Assembly: GCA_020536535.1 (NCBI GenBank)
Contig: JAHLWZ010000171.1
Location: forward strand, 62,001-126,000
Direction of reading: 5' to 3'
DNA length: 64,000 nt
Source: Pelomyxa schiedti
Lineage: Eukaryota > Protista > Evosea
Position 1 is the stretch's first letter, and every line of letters starts with the position of its first letter. Positions 58,822 to 64,000 of the stretch are shown here, piece after piece. The position numbers were made by a program, and so were the translations under genes. A model generated the notes under the pieces. The model searched no databases, was not told where the DNA came from, and worked only from the letters and a program-made list of their open reading frames with translations.

Positions 58822-61427
58822 CTAGTCAAATAGGTTGAAGTCTGTTGCCTTCTTTGTTGGTGGATATTGCTTGTCCAAGTCATCCTTGAGCCAACCACTT
58901 TCTTTTAGTGATGAGGAATTTTTGGGAGAGGGAGCACGGGCTTTGGCTTCACTAGCTATGGTAGGTTCCTTGGGTGTACTAAATATGTCGTCATCCCCAC
59001 CGATTCCCGTTGTTGTTGATGTGGGTGTTGTTGTAGCTGTGCTTGATGGGGGCTGCTCCTTCTTGCCGGCAAATATGTCATCATCATCCTCAAAGAGTAT
59101 GCTTTTGTACTTGTTTGCAGCCACAGGTGCCGTGGAAATAGCTTCTTCACCAAACAAAGAGGGCCCGGTTGGAAGCAGTGCTGATACTAAGATGACCGGC
59201 TTTGGTGCGGGGGTGCCGGTGGCGGGTGTTGATTGTGGGAGAGGGATCGGAAGGAGCGGGGGAATGTCCAGGTTCCGGTCTGGCCTGAGGATTGTTTTGT
59301 GGTGATGCCGTGGTGGTGCCTCGCCGTCAAACAGGGAGCTAACTGAGCTGTCAAATATAGAGTCGGTTTGAGCTGGGGCGGCTGGTGGAGGCGGGGGTGG
59401 GGGGCTGCTGGATTTGAACGCGAATGGAGCAGATTGCTGTGGCTTGAGGGGTGCAGTGTCCTCAAATAGAGGATTCGGCTTCTGTGGTTTTTCGCTAAAT
59501 ATGTCTTCGTCTGAGGCGTGAGAGGAGCTTTCTTGCTGCCTGACTACTTCAGAACCATTTTTCTGTGAGTCGGGCGCGCCGAAGATACTGGATAATGATG
59601 AACCTTCATCAAACAAGCTAGACTTCTGAGGTACGGTAGCCTGCTTAACGGGAGGCTTGCCCTCTTGGCCAAATAAATCACCTGGTGCATCGTCAAGCCA
59701 AGTCAGAGATGACACTCTTGGTGCAGGGCTTGGGGATGCTGTTTTTTCAGGGAAGAGTGTTGGTTCCGGTGTTAGCTTGGAGACCACACTCGTTTCTAAG
59801 TTGTCTTGTGTTTCTATTTCTTGTTCATTTGAAAGTAGGAATCTGGTGCAATATGAGTGATGCGGGGAGAAATCAAATTTAGTATACTTAATAGCTTTGT
59901 GGCTCAGCAATGCCGAAGTGATTGCTGCACGCGATATCTCAGTTGGGGAGGAGCTTGAGGTTGTGAGGAAACTCATATCTGGGCTTATGTAGTGTATACC
60001 ACAGTGTTGATAAATCTTGTACTAGTAAAAAAAAGGATGTTTTATGTGGCTGTAACAACATTTTGAACTTCTTGTCCCTCACAGACAACTACAAGGTGGC
60101 ATTTGCTTTCGAGGAGAACCTCAGTAACTTTACTATGATTTACAATGTTGTCCACCCATGAAGTTTGTTCTAAGATTGTAACTTCAGGGTTAATTTTTTG
60201 CATCATCTCCTTCAATATCTGCTTGGTGTCACCAACTCGGAAAATATATATGGAAGAATTACTGTGCTTGGATTTCCATTTTGGTTGCCACAGTAGACAA
60301 GCCTTAAGGGTGTCAATGTTTAACAACTATTGGCTGACATTCTGTTACCTTCTATCTTGTGGTTCGGCTTCCTGTCGATCAATTAGGATTAGTGTGCCAA
60401 CTCCACTTCTTACAAGTAGTTCCGCACAAAATGCACCAACGCAACCTAACCCTACAATAGCCACAACCCTATTAGCGAGGGCATTTTGTACACAACTATC
60501 AGGCTGAGAGTTGGTGGTGGAAGTAGAAGTGGCAGTATCCAAACACTGGGAGATCTGTTCGTTTGTGACCGCTTGCTGATTTTGATCACAAACTAAAGGC
60601 TCAGTGCCCTCATGATTCTCACTCTTAGAAGCAAGAGGGGTAGTTGCAGTGGCAAAGGGATCCACTGAATTTTCCTCAATACTGCCCTGTGGTGTTATGC
60701 TGTAACGAGAATCGTAGGGAATGCTGTCCGCATCACGAGTTTCAGTGCTACAGGGTACTGAAACGGCCTCAGGGGCTTGAATTGTGGTTGTTTCATTTGA
60801 TTGCGAGGAAGATACAGGATTTTCGGAATCAAGACTAACACGCTCCCACTCACGGGGACGCATCTCCTCAGGGTTTCCGGAAACAAGAGCAACTTGGCCG
60901 GGATCATCTACACCAACGCTGGAGGGAGTGGTTGTCTCCTCATTATGGGTGGTGCTACTTTCCAGCACAACGCACTGCTGCTCAGTTTGTGTCGTTTCGC
61001 TCTCAGCCTTCTCGGAATCGACGACAACTTCCTCCACGGGCTTTTCGGGTACGCAGAGTTGGGCGTTTGAGGGCGGCAGCAGTGTCCCATAATCCCCGCA
61101 ACTGGTCGGTGGTGTTGTCGCGCTCTCTTCCTCGTGCTCCGGAGTTTTCGTTTCCACTGGCAGCTGGGTACCAGTTTCTGGCACGTTCGACGAAACCCCA
61201 GGCGCCTCTTCGTCTTTTCGTAGTTGTTCTGGCTCTTGTTCCTTCGCTTCCTCTTTCGGTTCGAGTTCGGCAGCTGAGGCAACAACAGCAACAACCTGGT
61301 CGGAATTCACGACTTGGACTGTCGGGTCCTCAGTGGCAGGGCCCGACTCCACAGTAGGTGCCGATTCGACAAAGACTTCGTCGTTGGATATAGCCCCGGG
61401 CACAACGAACGAATCGTCAGCCATCAC
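58822..61427 (-). CDS. ThiF/UBA5-like (E1 adenylation-fold) protein, degenerate, with long acidic disordered termini
   Basis: VVAIVGLGCVGAFCAELLVRSGVGTLILID; spliced DRSNSSIYIFRVGDTK..MQKINPEV; AAITSALLSHKAIKFLL. Three introns join ORFs 60345..61427, 60042..60326 and 58822..59976. Confidence 0.75.
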
Positions 61428-61633
61428 TCACTACTTTCTTTCCGAATTCTGGCGTGTTGAACAGGTAGGCAACAGATCCTGGGTTGGGGGGGTATATATA
61501 CACTGAGAACGGTATTGCACCAATGGACCCCAAACTCATACGTGGAACGTGCAGAGGTGGCAGGCGAGAAATGATTTCTGAATACTCAGAACGAAAGGAG
61601 AAGAAAAACCACCCGTTGGGGTTGTGTCTGTCC

Positions 61634-63052
61634 ATGGACTACTTGCCAACGTTGTATACAGCGATTGCACTGTTACTTGTTCTGTTGTCCGGATCTGCGT
61701 GTAGGGTGTTGCGGGTGTACCCCAAGGTCAGTGCACACTCTGCGTTGTCTGCTCTCAATACTTTCTTGTTTTATGCTTGTTTACCATGCACGGTCTTCAG
61801 GGCTCTTGGTTTGTATAATAAGCTCTTATTATTCCCTATTTTACATGTACATCATCAACTTTTAGGGGTTTTTTTTTTTTGCTCACTCGAATAAAAAAAA
61901 AAACGTAGCCATTCACCCGCTGAGGGACCTAGATTGGATGTTCGTTCTCGTGTTTTTGGTTTTGCGTGTGCTGGAAGCTCTGCTATTCATTCCAATCCCT
62001 TTTATTTTGCGTGGGAAATTTGAGGACTACATCATCCACTACCTTGGCGCCACTTTTGCTGACACGATAGTATGCGGTTCCTCTCTGTGCTTCTTGCTCC
62101 AAGGCCTCTTAACGAGGAAAGATTTTTGGTGTGCCCTTGATAACCTCACTGTATGGCTCTGATATTGGAAACCTTTATCCTGTTCTAGCTGCAATAAGCT
62201 CCTTCATTTTTCAACTTCCATACATGCTCATCGTGTTCGAGGTAACTGGAAATAAACGAAACCAAGTAGGTACCTATTTTTCTCAATGCGTTTCCCTCTG
62301 ACTATAACAGCAAGGGAAATACCCAGTGGCGAAGCAAATGATGATCCTGCCGCTGCTGACAATGCTAAACTTCTTCGTGAAAATTCCCCCAGTCGCCAAC
62401 AATACGTAGGACAAATCGCTAAAAGTGTTGCAATTCGGTTACTTAAGGTCTCTTCATTGATCCGTGAAAAGCACAGCCAACAAAATGTGTAGGTACCTCC
62501 CCTTTATGGAATTGTGCTGGGGATTATTTACAGTCTTATTGGATGGGATGTTCCGTCGTTTTTGGACCAAGCCCTACAAATGTTTGCCAACTGTGTCACT
62601 CCAACAGCTACCTTCATTATTGGAATCTTCATTGCTGACTTCACATTGGGGATCTTCACTTCTCACACACCCTTTAAGACAGCATTCATAAGAAGTTCCT
62701 GGTACAGCGTCTCACACCTTTTCTCTCACCAAAAATACACAGTTACATACCCTACAAACTCCTGATAATGCCAGCCTTGGTTATCCCAATTTTATATATG
62801 TTCAATCACACTGTAACTGGGGATGTTGCCAATGTAGCAATAATTGTGGCCTCTCTACCCCTCGCTCCATCTGCATTCACTTTGGGCAAACAGTGTGTAT
62901 TCTCTGTTCTTTTCTACACCATCCAGCAGAGCCTTAGGTACACAATTGGAGAATCTGAACTAGGTGTTAGTGTTGCTGGGGGCACTTTGTTGATGCTCCC
63001 AACAGTCATGTCTTGGATTGCAATACTCAATGCTGTCGACTTTGGTTTTTGA
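61634..63052 (+). CDS. PIN-like/AEC (Mem_trans) family transporter, about 10 TM helices
   Basis: LNTFLFYACLPCTVFRAL, FADTIIFGVPLITSLYG, FANCVTPTATFIIG, IVASLPLAPSAFTL and VAGGTLLMLP. Confidence 0.85.
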
Positions 63053-63102
63053 TGTGAATTGGTGGGTAAAAAGAAACTTAGGAATTCATGGTTTTTTTCA
63101 AA

Positions 63103-64000
63103 TTAATTCCCAAACACAAACTTTATGATGGGAATTTTTACAATTTCACCAGCTTTTACAAAGGATCCACTAAGCAAAATGTACCTAGGGAGATATTTGT
63201 TAAAGGTACTGTAAGAGGGTGAAGCGTGTACTTTGCTGTTGGGGGCATTCTGTACTGGTCAACACAAATTTGATGCATGGTTTTGGTCTTATTGGCAGCA
63301 AAGAGGGCAACTTGCTCATCATTGGCAGCAAATTTTGCGTAGATGGGCTGCAATGTTGTTAGTGTCATTGTAAGTGAGGAAAGGGAATACTTTATCCAGT
63401 CCCGCCTTTGTGTCATCGGGGGTTATTGGGTACTTGCTCAAGAAGTCTATAGTACATCCATGATGAATCTCGGGTAATACCTGGCGAACGTCGGGCATAA
63501 ACGAGAAAAAAAGGAGTGTACTGTAAACAGTTGGTCCAGTGTTAGATCACCTTTGGCGATTACAATTTTGTCCCAAATAGTGAAGCCTTCGGGAATTGGT
63601 TTGACATCACACATTTCATTCACATCATACCTACAGTTGTTAGTTAAGGCTACTTTGTGAAAACGTACTCAGCCTTGGCACGAATTGGATTGTCTGGTTC
63701 AAAGAGGTTGTAGGTGCTGAGCCCAAGGTTAACATTGGCAGAGCACATCTATGAGATATCTGAGGATTTATCACGAAGGTAATAAAAAAAAAACCTTGGG
63801 TTTTGGCAACCTCATGATAAGCTTGAACAGCTAAGGAAAAAGATAGGTTAGAGCAGGACAAAAGCACTTGGTACAAACCTCAACACAGACCAAACCAGTG
63901 ATCATTGCTGTAGTAGTTGCGATGGCTGGGATCTGCGAAAGGAGGTCAGTAACTATCAAAAAGCTTTATTATACTCACAATCCTTCCAGCAATCATCTTA
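63103..64000 (-). CDS. UBA1: Ubiquitin-activating enzyme E1, C-terminal part including the UFD (gene starts beyond the window end)
   Basis: Spliced [44 protein letters not shown] and C-terminal EIVKIPIIKFVFGN*. Confidence 0.88.

Overview
Gene-dense eukaryotic (protist) genomic DNA with three 100-N scaffold gaps. It has many short GT-AG introns (mostly about 40-90 nt), several micro-exons and short intergenic spacers, often between head-to-head gene pairs. Gene content and style (Entamoeba-like transmembrane kinase, fused LCB2-LCB1 serine palmitoyltransferase, TmcB-like cyclase, alpha-kinase) suggest an amoebozoan, possibly an archamoeba such as Pelomyxa; this is inference only. About 25 genes were reconstructed by manual splicing: type I PKS/FAS (5' part), Kelch-BTB protein, CaMK-type kinase, uS9/RPS16, PHO80-type cyclin, PME-1, EGF/CUB receptor kinase, SERRATE/Ars2, PIG-Y, an actin 3' end at a gap, NamZ muramidase, RasGEF, Cthe_2159-type beta-helix protein, ankyrin-filamin-VWA protein, RbsD/FucU, Kir channel, Ras, alpha-kinase, single-chain SPT, TM-PAS-adenylyl cyclase, CNNM, an orphan, CMTR1, a ThiF-like pseudo-E1, a PIN/AEC transporter and UBA1 (3' part). 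The most notable observations are a degenerate ThiF/UBA5-like protein carrying FAM21-like LF-acidic repeats, three bacterial-type glycan/peptidoglycan genes within 14 kb, the SPT fusion, a CaaX-terminated alpha-kinase, an H1-like extension on uS9 and a 4-nt micro-exon in a kinase catalytic loop. All gene models are hand-spliced without RNA evidence.
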